Source: Eledone cirrhosa
Taxonomy: Eukaryota
DNA length: 64,000 nucleotides
Assembly: GCA_964016885.1 (NCBI GenBank)
Contig: OZ024742.1
Location: forward strand, 347,262,001-347,326,000
Direction of reading: 5' to 3'
The translations under genes and the position numbers were made by a program. The notes beneath the pieces were generated by a model. That model had not been told where the DNA came from. It searched no databases and worked only from the letters and a program-made list of their open reading frames with translations. Below are positions 1 to 12,754 of this stretch, piece after piece (within the stretch, counting starts at the first letter, position 1; every line of letters begins with the position of its first letter).

Positions 1-127
1 GCTGAAGCTCACGGTGGAGACGACGAAGGACTGTGGCAAGTGGAGAGATGCTGTGCTGAATAGGACTCGTCCAACCTTTGCAAGCAGGGAAAAGCGCACG
101 TAAAATGATGGTGATGATGATGATGAT
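1..127 (+). mobile_element. 3' end of RTE-clade LINE (family A), cut by window start
   Basis: Closely matches 15272-15398: LKLTVE..KD..KWRD.VLNR codons, then tail ccttgcaagcagggaaaagcgcacgtaaaatga(tga)n. Confidence 0.85.
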
Positions 128-144
128 TGTATGTATGTATGTAT

Positions 145-1290
145 GTTTTCTCTTTCTCTTAATTTCGAGTATATTTGTTTGACCGGCCACCTTCCTGGTG
201 GCAAGGTTGTAAAAGAAAAGAAATTGTCCTCCCTTGAATCGCAAGAATGTTTTGCAAATTTTGAAGGTGCCAGCTATCGCAGCCATTTGTAGACTGTGAA
301 TTAGGGAGCTGCGCTTTTTGTCCGCAAATCCAAGTTCAGTCATACTTTGGTCCAAGCGGGTTGGTATATAACCCGTAGCTCCAATAATGATGGGTATGAA
401 GCTAAAGGTGTATCTTGGATACTGGATTTGTAAACTCCTCATCAATGGTCCGTAGATGTCCTCCTTCTCCTGTATTTTTCTGACAACGTTCACATCAAGT
501 GGGCAGCTGATCTCCACAACAGAACACGTTTTCAATGTGTGGTCCCAAACAACAATATCAGGTCGGTTGTGCTTTAATTTGGTGGCAGTTTTTATTTTCA
601 GGTTCCACCAGTATTCCTTAGTGCCATCTGTCTCAATATATTCTTCCTCGTTTGTTGTTAATTTTGTTTTCCGAAGTGCGTTCCAGATGGTTCTAGCTAT
701 CCCATCGTGTCTCATGGGGAGGTAGTAGCGAGATGACATTCTTTCGCAGCTGGCAACAATGTGGCTTACATCTTCGATCTTTGTTTTACATAGCCTACAT
801 TTATTGTCAGCTGCTGACCCTCCTCTTTTGTGCAGCAGATATTTGGTAGGGAGTTCTTGTTCCTGTATTGCATAGAGATGTCATAAACTTTTCGGAACTC
901 CATGCCAGGCTTTTTTATCCCCTCTATGGTCTGTGTTTTACGCCTCAAGTATCCATGCACAACTTTTTCTGTAAATTGGTCAATTTTGTTATCTTGTTTG
1001 AACATTGAATAGGATCTTCCGATTTCTCTGGGTGAGAGATTTATATCAGGCTTTATTCCATATCTCTCCTCCAGATCAGTCGCTATTCTAATGATATTTT
1101 TTTTTTCATGCTCATAAACCTGGGCAAGATGGTTGCCAACCTTTTTCCTCTGTTGAAGGTGTTGCTTCAGTGTTACTATCCGGGTCTCATATGCTGTTAA
1201 TATTGATTTTAGACCCCGGCCACCTTCCTTGCGTGAGAAGTATAGCCTATCCACCTTCCTTGCGTGAGAAGTATAGCCTATCCACATCAC
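145..1290 (-). mobile_element. R4/Dong-like non-LTR retrotransposon, 3' part (RT thumb, CCHC knuckle, restriction-like endonuclease), frameshifted
   Basis: ORF 766-1293 has DRLYFSRKEGGRGL. A shifted minus frame reads CRLCKTKIEDVSHIVASC, RHD, WWNLKI, HNRPDIVVWD, VEISCP..EKEDIYGPL, IPIIIGATG, typical of R4-clade RLE elements. A 31-bp tandem duplication sits at the 5' break (1221-1285). Confidence 0.8.
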
Positions 1291-1307
1291 CATTGATGGA
1301 TAGAAAC

Positions 1308-2078
1308 TAAGCTTGCATGCTCCGCTGGATGTGTAATAGTAATATACGTGAACGGCAAAGCATAAACGAACTAAGGGAGAAATTAGGAATAAGAGGGATC
1401 AGATGTTGTTTACTTGAGAGAAGACTACGTTGGTACGGACACGTGATGCACATGAAAGACGACAGCTGTATAAAAAAGTGCAGGGCGATAAAAATAGACG
1501 GTAGCCACGGAGTAGGCAGACCCAGAAAAACCTGGGACGACTTGATAAATTCCGACCTCACACACTTACACCTCTCCAAGACAATGTCACTGGACCGGGA
1601 GCTTTGGCGCTACACAGTTATACAGAAGACCTGCCTTGCCTAAGTACAAATCAAAACCTACAGTCAGTAGGCACCTCCAACAAAATACACCCCCGTCCCA
1701 CTACCCCCACCCTATCCACACCAACCCCCTTAAATGTGAAGTTATGTTGGTACCACAACATCCAGTCCGAAACAAATGAGGTCGTGTAGGTGTCACAACA
1801 AAAAAAAACACACAGTCCACGCTGTAATGTGGCCGTGTAGGTAACGTAGAAAACCTGCCAGACGCTGTAACTGTAATGTTGCCGTGTAGGTAACACGGTA
1901 AAAACCTCCCAGTCCACATTGTAAACGTGGTTGGTGTTAGGAAGGGCATCCAGCTGTAGAAAACCCGCCAGACAGTCCTATACGAGCAGGACAACCAATC
2001 TTGCCTCAAGTGGGAAAACTCCCGTCTAAACCCATGCAAGCGTGGAAGATGGATGTTAAACGATGATGATGATGATGA
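1308..2078 (+). mobile_element. 5'-truncated RTE LINE (family B): RT C-terminus, 3'UTR and (GAT)n tail
   Basis: ORF 1317-1643 MLRWMC..RLRWYGHVMHM..GRPRKTW. The 3'UTR is shared with 29770-30275 and 61600-61985 and ends ccatgcaagcgtggaagatggatgttaaacga(tga)n. Confidence 0.9.
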
Positions 2079-2281
2079 TATATATATAAATATATATAAA
2101 TAAATATGATTTTATAAATATAGTTTCCATTTATTTAATATCATTGTATATTATACTCCAAAAAACTGTTGAGTGCTCTGAATCAGTTATAAACATTTAT
2201 ATTTGTTGAATTACCAACAAATTGAATATTCCTTTTGCTTATCATCATCATCTTACGTCCGTTCTTCCACGCTAGCATGGG

Positions 2282-2329
<48 letters not shown>

Positions 2330-2479
2330 TGTGTATCTGTATGTATATATAACTTACAAACACAAACACACTCTTTTACTTACATATACACACATATCCT
2401 CTTATCTTTGTATGAACATATAACAACACACGCTCACACACTTATACGCACTCGCACACATACAACTCTATATTCAAAA

Positions 2480-2775
2480 CGTTTTTCCCCCTTTCAGATA
2501 TATGCACTCGATCACCACCTTTTCAGAAAACTATATCAATCACAAAACCCCAGCATCAACAGTTTTTCAAGAGATGGCAACATCAATGGACCTGTTATTT
2601 TTCTCTAGAAATATTTGTTTCCGCTTCCGCCCTGCCTGTCTCGTCAATCTTTCTATTTCTTTAATTTCTCATTCTATTTTCTGATGAAAGACTAGCGTCC
2701 GAAACGTTAAGACTCTTTTCCTACTATATCAAGTATAAAACTAATAATATATTTCTTCATTGTACTGTGTCATTG
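2480..2775 (+). mobile_element. Penelope-like 3' terminus remnant with hammerhead-like core
   Basis: CTGATGA-aagactagcgtcc-GAAAcgtt at 2681-2708. Downstream sequence is homologous to the minus-strand copy at 54730-54830. Confidence 0.55.
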
Positions 2776-2849
2776 ATATGTATGTATAACACATTGATCT
2801 TTAATACTTGGTGGTTGTTTCTAATTAAAAAATTGAATTTCCATCGTTT

Positions 2850-3385
2850 CAGCTAGTTTTTGCCTTTCATCCTTACGGGGTCGATAAAATAAAATACCAG
2901 TAATGCACTGGGTAATTGCTGGCCTTGTGCCTAAAGTAGAAACAATTATTATTATTATTACTATTAGGCGGTGGATTGGCAGTATCGGAAGAGGGTCGGA
3001 CGCCATGCTTTGCAGCAAAGAGTTACCGTCCTTTATGGTCTGAGTTCAAATCCCGCCGAGGTTAACTTTGCCTTTCATCCTTACTGGGTCGATAAAATAA
3101 AGTACCAGTAATACACTGGGATAATTGCTGGCCTTGTGCCAAAAGTAGAAACAATTATTACTACTAGGGCAGTAGATTAGCAGTAATCAGTAGAGCACCA
3201 GACAACATGTTTTACAGCATATTGTTACAGCCCTTTCAGTTCTGAGTTCAAATCCCACTGAGGTTAGCTTTGCTTTTCATCCTTCCAGGATCGATAAAAT
3301 AAAGTATCAATAACACACTGGAGTCAATTTAATCAACTCCCCCTAATTGGAGACCTTGTACCTGAATGAGAAACCATTATTAGTA
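2850..3385 (+). mobile_element. Cluster of three SINE family B copies (tRNA-like head)
   Basis: B-box gagttcaaatccc followed by gaggttaactttgcctttcatcctt..gggtcgataaaataaagtaccag and a (TTA)n-like tail. Other copies lie near 4955-5140, 5985-6110, 16470-16652, 35410-35570, 36495-36670, 38245-38970, 41975-42280, 44378-44556 and 50110-50255. Confidence 0.8.
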
Positions 3386-3599
3386 CTATCATGTAATCAA
3401 AGACTGTCTTTCAGTTGACTTGTGTCACTTTCCTAACAATACGCTGGGGTTTTTTAATTCTCTTCCTCGGTTTAACTTTTATTCATACATATAAAAAATC
3501 AATTCGAAGGTTTCCAATTGATTGGATAAAAACAAATACTTTTATCTGCAAGAATACGAAGGAAAGCCAGGGAAACAGGCAGCAAAGATAATATGTATA

Positions 3600-4490
3600 C
3601 ATGCAATTAGGAAAAAAGAAATGGGAAGCTGAAATCAAAGGAAGGATTGAGATAACTAGAAAGCCTTTTGAAAACTAGCAAACATCAAGAGACATTAATA
3701 TTGAAAAGAGGAAAAGATTAATAAAGTGTTGTACAATGACCACTCTACTACATGAAGCTGAAACATTGGCATTAACAAAAGTATTAACATATATATTTCA
3801 AGACTGATGTACGGGTATATAGAAGACTTGTGAGAAGCTCATGGATAGAAACAAAAGTATTATCACATATATTAGAAACATTTCAAGTGTGGGTATATAG
3901 ACATCTTTTGTGTATATTATAGACATAACTGTGTTATCACATAGATTACAAGACTTTGAAGTGCATGTGTATCGAAGACTTGAAAGTTTATCGTGGACAG
4001 AACATAAAAGGTATTATCAAAGATTACAATACTTTTAGATATGAGATCATAGGAGACTTTGGGGGGGAAATCATGGACAGAAGATAAACAAGGACAGAGC
4101 AAATAATTATTATTATCAAATAATTTTCAGGATTTGAGATGTGGGTATATAGAAGGCTTTTGAGAACATCATGAAGAAAACATAAAACATGGAGAAAAGA
4201 CAAAAGTATTATGAAATAGTTTGAGATGTAAGTATATAGAGAACTTGTGAGTATGTCATGGAGAAAACAGAAAAGTACCATAACAGATTTAAAGACCTTT
4301 ATGTGTATCATGGATAGAACACAAAAATATTATCAAATATGTTACAAAACATTGAGATGTGGGTGTGACTTTTGAAAATATCATGGACAGAACCCAAAAT
4401 CAATGATGGGGTATTAAGAATGGTAAAAATTAAGCAAACTTTATGAACTACTAAAGACCATTGAAGGGAGAAAAATAAAATATTTTGATA
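3600..4490 (+). mobile_element. Highly decayed RTE/BovB-like LINE C-terminal fragment with internal degenerate tandem repeats
   Basis: EIKGRIEITRKAF, KRLIKC..LLHEAET, and a repeated FEMWVYRRLLRTSW-like motif (tttgagatgtgggtatatagaag) about every 80-90 bp. Confidence 0.55.
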
Positions 4491-5141
4491 TTTTATTTAT
4501 TTCTCTCTCTCTCTCTCTGACCTGTCTGTCAGTCTATCTAATCTGTTCATTCAGCCATCTATTTTATATGTTCCTTTTAGTTAAATTGTCGAAACCACAG
4601 ACAGTCTAAAAGCTGATGAGTGTATTTAAAGATTTGTGTGATCTCTCATTTATATTTTTCCTTTTCTCCTTTCTTCCTATCACTTTTGCGGGCCAATACA
4701 CTTCTAGCCAATGATTTCTATCCTTTGAGATAAATTTTACCCGATGCTGTCATTTGCAAAATTTTGCTGTTCTAACAGCTTCCTTGCATTGAGTTCTTCC
4801 CATTATTCTATGAATTCTAATACACTTGTGTTTCAAACTCAATATTCGAGATAACTTTGTTTAAGAAAAAATAGTTAAAAGGGAATATCTCTAGAAGAGA
4901 AGCGAATGAGAAGAAAGCGAGGGGAAAAGCCAGAATTACATAGTTAGATATCTCTAACATTGGCACAAGGCCAGCAATTTATGGGAGGTGCAAGTTGATT
5001 ATATTAACCTCAGTACGTAACTGGTATTTCATCAACCTTGGAAGCATAAAAAACAAAGTTGATCTTAGCATGATTTGAACTCACAACATAGAATGTATAT
5101 TTTTCCAATGCTCTACCAATACTGCCAATCCATTGCTATAC

Positions 5142-5560
5142 CATCATCTTTTAACGTCCATCTTCCACACTAGCATGGGTTAGACGGGAATTGTCCCACT
5201 TGAGGCAAGATTGGTCGAGTGACCGTGTCTCGCTCGTATAGGACTATTTGGCAGGTTTTCTACAGCTGGATGCCCTTCCTAACACCAACCACATTTACAG
5301 TGTGGACTGGGAGCTTTTTACCATGTTACCTACACGGCCACATTACAGCGTGACCTGTGTGTTTTTTGTTGTGACACCTACACGACCTCATTAGTTTGGA
5401 CTGGATGTTGTGATACCAACATAACTTTACAGAGAAAGGGGTGGTGTTGGTGGGAGTGGGAGGATGGAGTAGGGGTCATGGGTTGGGGTGTATATTTGGT
5501 TAAAAGGTGTCTACTGACTAGAGGTTTCGCTTTTTACATAGGCAAGGCGGGTCTTCTGTG
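5142..5560 (-). mobile_element. RTE family B 3'UTR copy
   Basis: Reverse complement matches 1630-2075 and 61590-61985. Confidence 0.8.
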
Positions 5561-5684
5561 GTGGCAAAGATCTCCATATATAGTTGAATAACATTGATTC
5601 CTAATTTAGGCACAAGGCCAGAAAATTTGGGGGAAGGGCAAAATTGATTGTATCAACCTCAGTTCATGACTGGTATTTTAATTG

Positions 5685-5810
5685 ACGGTGGTAGTGATGA
5701 TTGTTGTGATGATGGTAGTGGTAGTAATGGTGGTGGTGATGGTAATGGTGGCAGTGGTAGTGATGGTGGTGATGGTAGTGTTGGTGGTGGTGGTGGTAGT
5801 AGTGGTGGTA
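5685..5810. repeat. Degenerate (GGT/GAT)n trinucleotide tract
   Basis: ggtggtgatggtagtggt runs; the G-rich and P-rich ORFs here come from this tract. Confidence 0.85.
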
Positions 5811-7209
5811 CTAAAGCAACCCTCATACCAGATGGTGTTGTTAAAGCAGGTGACAGATTAAATCTACAACCCAAATATGTTATGAAGTAATCGACACCCA
5901 GAACACAAAGATCTCGATCAAATACTGCAATTCATCTTGTCTGATTTTCTAATAATTCCACCTATCCACTGCACCTCAGTCATACTTTATCGACTGTGAA
6001 ACAATGAAAGACAAAGTTGACTTCAATGGGATTTGAACTCAGAGAATAGAGAACTGAAAGAAATAGCACAAGGTATTTTGTCCTACATTTTAACAACTCT
6101 ACTAATTCTCTATCTAATCCAGTAGTGGGCTGTATAATACTTTAGAATAGGTACACTGTAAGAGATGAATAAGGGTTTTGGCATCTGGAAGGACATCTAT
6201 CCATTAAAAAATGCCTCAAAAATGACCCTATGATGAATATATAGCCTGTCATAGGAACCACAAAACTAACCTTTGCTTTAGCAGAAAAAATAGATTTAAA
6301 TTCTTTTGTGGTGTGTATCTGGTTTAGAATAGGTACACCATATCTCAGCATGTCATAAGAGGCAACCAAAAGGGTTGGCACCAAGAAGGGCACCCAACCA
6401 TAAAACATTGCCTCCAAAAGACACCATGAAGAATATGAAGCATGTTATGGTACTCACAAGAATAAACTCTGTTCTAGCAGGAGAAAACGACCTTAAAATA
6501 TTTGTTAGTTTGTTGTTAACATTCCACCATTTTCGTTTCAACACACCAAAAATATATAAATACTTTAATAATGATCGTTAGCATGATTTCTGTTGTTGTT
6601 TTCAAATCTATCTGGTTCAGTGGTTCAATTGTTCCCAGTTCAAATCCCAGAGGAGGCCAACAACACTGTTTTCTGGTTAATATATAGTTGAAATGTTTGA
6701 CACTACATTACACAGCTTTCATGTCCTGGCGATAACAAATAAAATAACCATTACAGTCCCTATGCTCTTAAAATTTCCTCAATTTTTGTGTCTCTATAAA
6801 AAGACAAATTATAGAAAGATTTAGATTGCCTGTCGATCAAAGAAATTCTAAATATTACGCTAGAAATGTTCTAAGCAGTTTCTGTTAAATACTATTATGA
6901 CTGAAACAATTCTGTTTTACGTTTGTGGTTTAGATTATAACAGAAATTGGTTTAAAAAAATGAATGCTTCATAGGAACGAAAGGAAGAAGCAAGGAAAGA
7001 CATGAAAGTAACATGTGATGATATACTTTTACTATAAGTACGTCATCAATAGTTAGTCACTCTATGGGAAATATCAATTATCTTCTAATCACTATCCACC
7101 TGGTATATATCAATATTCCGGACAAAATTTAATTTAATTTAATTTTATTTTTTTTTTAGTAATTATTTTGGTGTTCAGGGTTCCAAATAATGTTCAGAGG
7201 CTCACCATA

Positions 7210-7392
7210 AAGCAGTGATGCTAGAGCTGTGAAATTTTACATGCATTAATTTCAACTCTTCTTATTAATAACTGCATTGTTTCTTTTCAGGGTCTATGTT
7301 GGAAAATAAACCTCATTTGATCATTCCATGAGAGTGTCTTGGTCAGCCTACAAACTTTTCAGTTTATGAACTTTTCAGCCAACCCTCTTATG
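7210..7392. mobile_element. Mariner-like non-autonomous remnant (second copy at 11196-11372)
   Basis: 7211-7345 is the diverged reverse complement of 11196-11330. Both are followed by tatgaacttttcagccaaccctc.ta, which resembles a mariner terminal repeat plus TA. Confidence 0.5.
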
Positions 7393-8427
7393 TTTAAAGT
7401 TTGGAGTAGGGAGGGGTTTAAAGTAAAAGCATCTGTACTCACTGATATTAATTTCTTTTTTTCTTTTTATCTTCAGAAGAGGACAAATTTGATGTTGAAA
7501 GACAAAGAAAGTATAGAGCAATCATTTTTATGCCAGTAGGCTTTCTGTGATTCTGTAGAATTTAATTCTTTGGGACTATGGTTTTCTTGTGATTTCAGAC
7601 TGAAATTGTAAGAAACATTACAGCCTCAAAGAAAATTTTACAAAGAATTAAACAGAAATTGTCAGGGAAATATAGAATCTAGCTTCTCTTCTATTTCATT
7701 TCTTTCTTTTTCTTTTATTTCAATTCCTTTGAGTTGAAACACAAATGTCTCATTAATTTCTAGACTTTGATGCCAACAGTTTTTCTTGTGATCTTCTGTG
7801 ATGTTGGACCTCTGACAGTTCTGGTGATAAGAACTCCAGTTGTTTGAAGTGAACAACGGGACTGTCTGCTCTAGAAATGAATTACCATTTCAATAAACAT
7901 TTACAAATTTTTGTATTGTTTTACTAGTAATCTTCGTCAACATCATTTTATGCCTGTTGTTCCATGATTGCATGGGTTGTACAGGTCCTTGTCAGTAAAA
8001 AATCTCGCCACATGTCATGTTCCTTTGCCATCTCTTCCATGAGCTTTAGCGACCTGATATCAGCTCTCACTACTTCCATCCAGCTCTTCCTTGGTCTTGT
8101 ATTTATAATTGTTTCATATATGTTTTATGTTTCATATACAGGCAACACACTGTATTCTTGACATTGCTCCAGTTTACTCAGTTGATAATTAGTATAATCA
8201 GCAACAGAAGCAAGGAGTTAAACTTGTGATGGACTGGCATCTTGTCCAGAGAAGAGTTCTGAATTCTCACTCATTTAACACCAATAAAACCAGGATAAGA
8301 TCCAGCCTGATGGGCCTCAAGGTTTAAGACAGATTTGAATTTTAACTCATATATATTGAATGTAGCTCACAGGTTGACCAACCACATAGAAGAGACCCAA
8401 TTATGCTGGCATTAAACAAGATCCCAC

Positions 8428-9420
8428 CTCCTCCTTCTTCTTCTTCGCCCACTTATTCCTGAGAGGGGGCAGGGTCCTCAAACACTCCTTCCAGCGGGTC
8501 CTGTCAGAAGCAACTGCTTCCATCTGATCTGGCTAGATCCCCAAGTGAGACTAGCCAAGCTCATGGATGTAATCCAAACCATCTTGCTCAGGGTCTCCTG
8601 CCAGTTGGTTTTGTCCATAAAATCTGTCCAGCAATTCTTTCCTGAGACATTCTAACCACATGCCCATAGTATGAGAGGGTCGGAGGCGGGGCAGAGTTCT
8701 CAAACACACCTTCCTTGTGTCTCCTGCCAGTTGGTTTTGCCCTTAAGATTCTCTTTCTTCGCCTTCTTCTCCTTTTTCGCCAACTTATTCCTGAGAGGGT
8801 CGTGGAGGCAGAGTCCTCAAACACTCCTTCCAGCGGGTCCTGTCAGAAGAAACCGTCTCCAACTGATCCGGCTGGATCCCCAAGGGAGACCAACCAAGCT
8901 GATGGATGTTATCCAACCATCTTGCTCGGGGTCTACTCCTGCGTCTCTTGCCAGTTGGTTTTGTCCATAAAATCTGTCCAGCGATTCTTTCCTGGGACAT
9001 TCTAACTACATGCCCATAGTATCAGAACTGTGATCTCCCAATTCAGAGAAGTAGCGGATCTACCTGGAGTGACTCTCTGATCTCCAAGCTACATACTCTA
9101 TCAAGTAACGTTACTCCAAAGACCCTTCAGAGGAACCCCATTTCGGCCACTTGTATTCACAATTGTATTCTTTTGGTCATTACTAAAGATACATGACTAT
9201 AAGTAATGGTTGGCACAAATACTGAATTGAAAATAGCGAGTTTGGCTTGCTTCACACCTGCCTCCCTTCTGATTACTGAATGCTGAAGCTGGCGCATTAC
9301 TGCATCTGCTCTTGCACAATTCCTACACTTAATTCAGCCTCCTGCCTTCTATTACTCATGAACACAGCCCCAAGATACTTGAACAATGTATCTTCTTAAA
9401 AGGGAACCATCTAACACTAG
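8428..9420 (-). mobile_element. RTE (Expander-like) LINE family C 3' fragments, partly tandem-duplicated, with (GAA)n tail
   Basis: YYGHVVRMSQERIAGQILWTKPTGKRRRSRPRARWLD, with upstream AIFNSVFVPTITY and QVAEMGFL. Related copies at 24940-25180 and 33087-33312. Confidence 0.8.
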
Positions 9421-9618
9421 TGATTACAATAGTGTTTCAGGATGGGGGTATCTTCTGTTACTACTGGGGCTTCTGTTACTATCAGGGCTTCTGTTACTAC
9501 CGGGGGTTGCTGTTACTGCTGTTGTTAAGACTCAAAAGAGCTAAGAATAGTCAAGCGTCCTGAAATCTCCTCTCCATCTGTTGTAGCTGTTTGTTTATAT
9601 AATCTGTGCAATTGAAAT

Positions 9619-9970
9619 GGAGGCACATGGCTTAGTGGTTAGAGCATTGGCCTTGCAATCGATAGGTTGTGAGTTCAATTCTCAGACCGGGTGATGTGTT
9701 GTTTCCTTGAGCAAGACACTTTATTTCACATTGCTCCAGTTTACTCAGCTGTAGAAATGAGATGATAGGACTGGGGTCCCTATCATTCCACTGTAAAGTG
9801 GATGTGTAGGCACCACGGAAAAAAAGCACCCAGCACTCACTGTAAATGAGGTTGGTGTTAGGAAGGACATCCAGCTGTAGAAATCATGCCAAAATCAGTT
9901 CCCGTCCCACCCTTGCAAGCAGGGAAAATAGGACGTAAAATGATGATGAATGATGATGATGATGATGATG
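9619..9970 (+). mobile_element. SINE family A (tRNA head, CORE-like centre, RTE-derived tail), full length
   Basis: A-box tggcttagtgg, B-box gagttcaattct, centre ccttgagcaagacacttt, and tail cccttgcaagcagggaaaa..ggacgtaaaatga(tga)n matching the LINE family A end. Confidence 0.9.
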
Positions 9971-9992
9971 TCAACCAGTGCGAAGGATGTGA

Positions 9993-10053
<61 letters not shown>

Positions 10054-10153
10054 GCATATATATGTGTGTGTGCATCTCTGAGAGAGTGTGTATATAACTA
10101 CTATATATATTATATATATATATTTATATATAATATATATATATATATATATA

Positions 10154-10370
10154 TGGCCGTGTAGGTAACACGGTAAAAACCTCCCAGTTCCACACTGTAA
10201 ACGTGGTTGGTGTTAGGAAGGGCATCCAGCCGTAGAAAACCTGCCAAACAGTCCTATACGAGCGAGACATGGTCTCCCGACCAATCTTGCCTCCTCAAGT
10301 AGGACAATTCCCGTCTAAACCCATGCTAGCGTGGAAGATAGACGTTAAACGTTGATGATGATGATGATGA
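10154..10370 (+). mobile_element. RTE family B 3'UTR fragment in (TA)n
   Basis: Matches 1880-2078. Confidence 0.8.
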
Positions 10371-10389
10371 TATATATAGTTCAAGGAAA

Positions 10390-10444
<55 letters not shown>

Positions 10445-10445
<1 letters not shown>

Positions 10446-10712
10446 GATGTGTTGTTTCTTTGAGCAAGACACTTTATTTCACATTGCTTCATTTTACTCA
10501 GCTGCAGAAATGAGATGATAGGGACTGGGGCCCATATCATTCCACTGCAAAGTGGTCGTGGAGGTGCCATGGCAAAAAAGCACCCAGCACTCACTGTAAA
10601 TGAGGTTGGTGTTAGGAAGGGCATCCAGCTGTAGAAATCAAGCCAGAATCAGTTCCTGTCCCACCCTTGCAAGCAGGGAAAAGCGGACGTAAAATGAAAT
10701 AAAATGAAATGA
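10445..10712 (+). mobile_element. SINE family A, 5'-truncated
   Basis: Matches 9690-9945. Confidence 0.85.
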
Positions 10713-10821
10713 AATATATATATATATATATATAGGAAACAACATATATATATATCAACCCTTGCTAGCAGGGGAAGCGGACATTAAAACGACAACGACG
10801 ATGATGATGATGATGATATAC

Positions 10822-10853
<32 letters not shown>

Positions 10854-11446
10854 ATATATGCACGTCACATATTAAGATAGGACAAATCTATAACATTGAT
10901 TGAAGCTTTAATCAATACTGCGACAGGATTCAGTAGCTTTGAGAGCAAGTTCATTTTCACCTGGTAGCAAGAAATCATCTCATACAGATACAGTCCAACA
11001 AGGATCTATTACTGTTGCAGAAATATGTACAAACACTGCATTGAGTCATTGAAGAGACTCTCGTCAGATTGCAACAATGTTGTTACACACAGCTGAAATA
11101 TTTAGAGGATGTTCCCATCTAATCCATGCTAGCGTAGAAGAACGGACGTAAAACGATGATGTGATGATGATGATGATGATGCAAAGTTCATAGTGTGACC
11201 AAGATACTCTCATGGAATGACCAAATGAGATTTATTTTTCAACATCGTCCCTGGAAAGAAACAATGCAGTTATTAATAAGAAGAGGTGAAAATAATGCAT
11301 GCAAGATTTCACAGCTCTAACATCATCACTCCTTCATAGTCAGCCTATGAACTTTTCAGCCAACCCTCATATGAGGAGAAGTGAATTCTTCACAACAGCT
11401 GCTAAAATATTCAATTCAGCAGATTCATTACAAGTATATATATATA

Positions 11447-12748
11447 CAGGGTGTGGACGATATTTGTTCACAATTTTCAACTGCTAATTTTATGCAAATT
11501 TTTTTTACTTCCGTTGACACTCTTGTCTTCATAAAAACAGTGACTATATTTCCATTATTTATTTTCAGAATAATTGATTATGAATAATTTTGAACCTCCA
11601 AATTTGTGGAAGAGACATGGAGTTCTTCTTGGAATCCGCACCAGGAGGACAAATAAGGAAATTTCAGACTTTCTCAGCGTCAGCAGGAGAATGGTGGAAA
11701 AGGTCAGAAAGGAATTGGAAGATTCATATTCGACTACGAAGTAACATCAGAGAGGAAAACACATGATCAACGATCTGACGCCTTCAGAAAGCCCGAGTTC
11801 GTCGCTGAAGTTCAGCATATCATCAACAATGAACCTAGCAAGTCAATGCGTACCATTGCAAGGGAGAAAGGCGTGGATGAAAAGCTCATTGGGCTGGTGG
11901 TACATGAAGACATTCGCTACGTTTCATACAAGATGAGGAAAGGACAATTTCTGTCAAAAGCAATGCAAGAAAAGCGACTGAAGCACGCAAAGAAGCTGAT
12001 CAACAAGTTGAAACACCCACTGGAGCCAGACATGCTGTGGTTTTTCTCCGACGAGAAAAACTTCTGCCAAGACCAGAAGGTCAACTCCCAGAACAACAGG
12101 TGGCTCGCTGTCTCATTCAAAGACGTGCCCAGAGTCATGAAGACAAAGTTTCCAGCGACAACATTGGTCTTAGATGTCGTCAGCAGTCAAGGTGATGTCA
12201 TGCCACCTCACTTCTTCCCTGAGGGCCTCAAGCTGAACACCGATGGCTATATCCGCGTTCTGAGCGAGGTAGTAAAGCCCTGGATCGACCAAGTAGCTGC
12301 AGGTAGGCCGTACGTGTGGCAGCAAGACTCAGCGCTCTGCCATACCAGCCGAAAGACCCAAGCCTGGCTGTCAGAGAACTTCGTCGACCACACTTTACCT
12401 GACATCTGGCCCCTCAGCTTGCCTGACTGCAATCCCCTCGACTTCTTTGTGTGGGGTGCAGTGGAATGAGATACCAACAGATCTAGCTGCAATACGAAAG
12501 ACGATCTGAAGGCCAGGATCACAAGTGCCTTTAGGGGCCTAAGTCGGGGGACAGTGACGAAGGCTTGTAGCTGGTTCCGAGGCCGCCTTGAGGCCGTCAT
12601 CAAAGCCAATGGCGGGTTTATCAAGTGAGATCGAAAGAACAAGTCATGAAGACAAACTGACCCAAGTTTGATAAATATATCTTAAAAAATAAAACTACTG
12701 TGTTATTTTTTCCTAGTAATCTTGCAAACAAATATCATCCGCACCCTG
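11447..12748 (+). mobile_element. Tc1/mariner DNA transposon, DD37D (maT) family, full-length but defective
   Basis: TIRs cagggtg(t/c)gga(c/t)gatatttgtt at both ends with TA flanks (11445-46, 12749-50). Transposase FSDEK...WQQDSA-(37 aa)-PDCNPLD. Premature stop at 12467, and the frame continues to ...NGGFIK* at 12628. Confidence 0.92.
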
Positions 12749-12754
12749 TATATA

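Noticed and set aside
5648-5890. Gly-rich and Pro-rich ORFs
   Set aside because: They are a product of the (GGT)n tract.
7662-7872. Possible terminal exon on minus strand after a tttctag acceptor
   Set aside because: No recognisable homology or partner exons; cannot be supported without RNA data.
9619-9690. tRNA gene
   Set aside because: A and B boxes are present but run into the SINE body; it is a SINE head without a full cloverleaf.
9632-9829. Recurring 'LQLSKLEQCEIKCLAQG' peptide family
   Set aside because: It is the antisense translation of SINE A, not a gene family.
12247-12642. 131-aa antisense ORF
   Set aside because: It is a shadow of the maT transposase.
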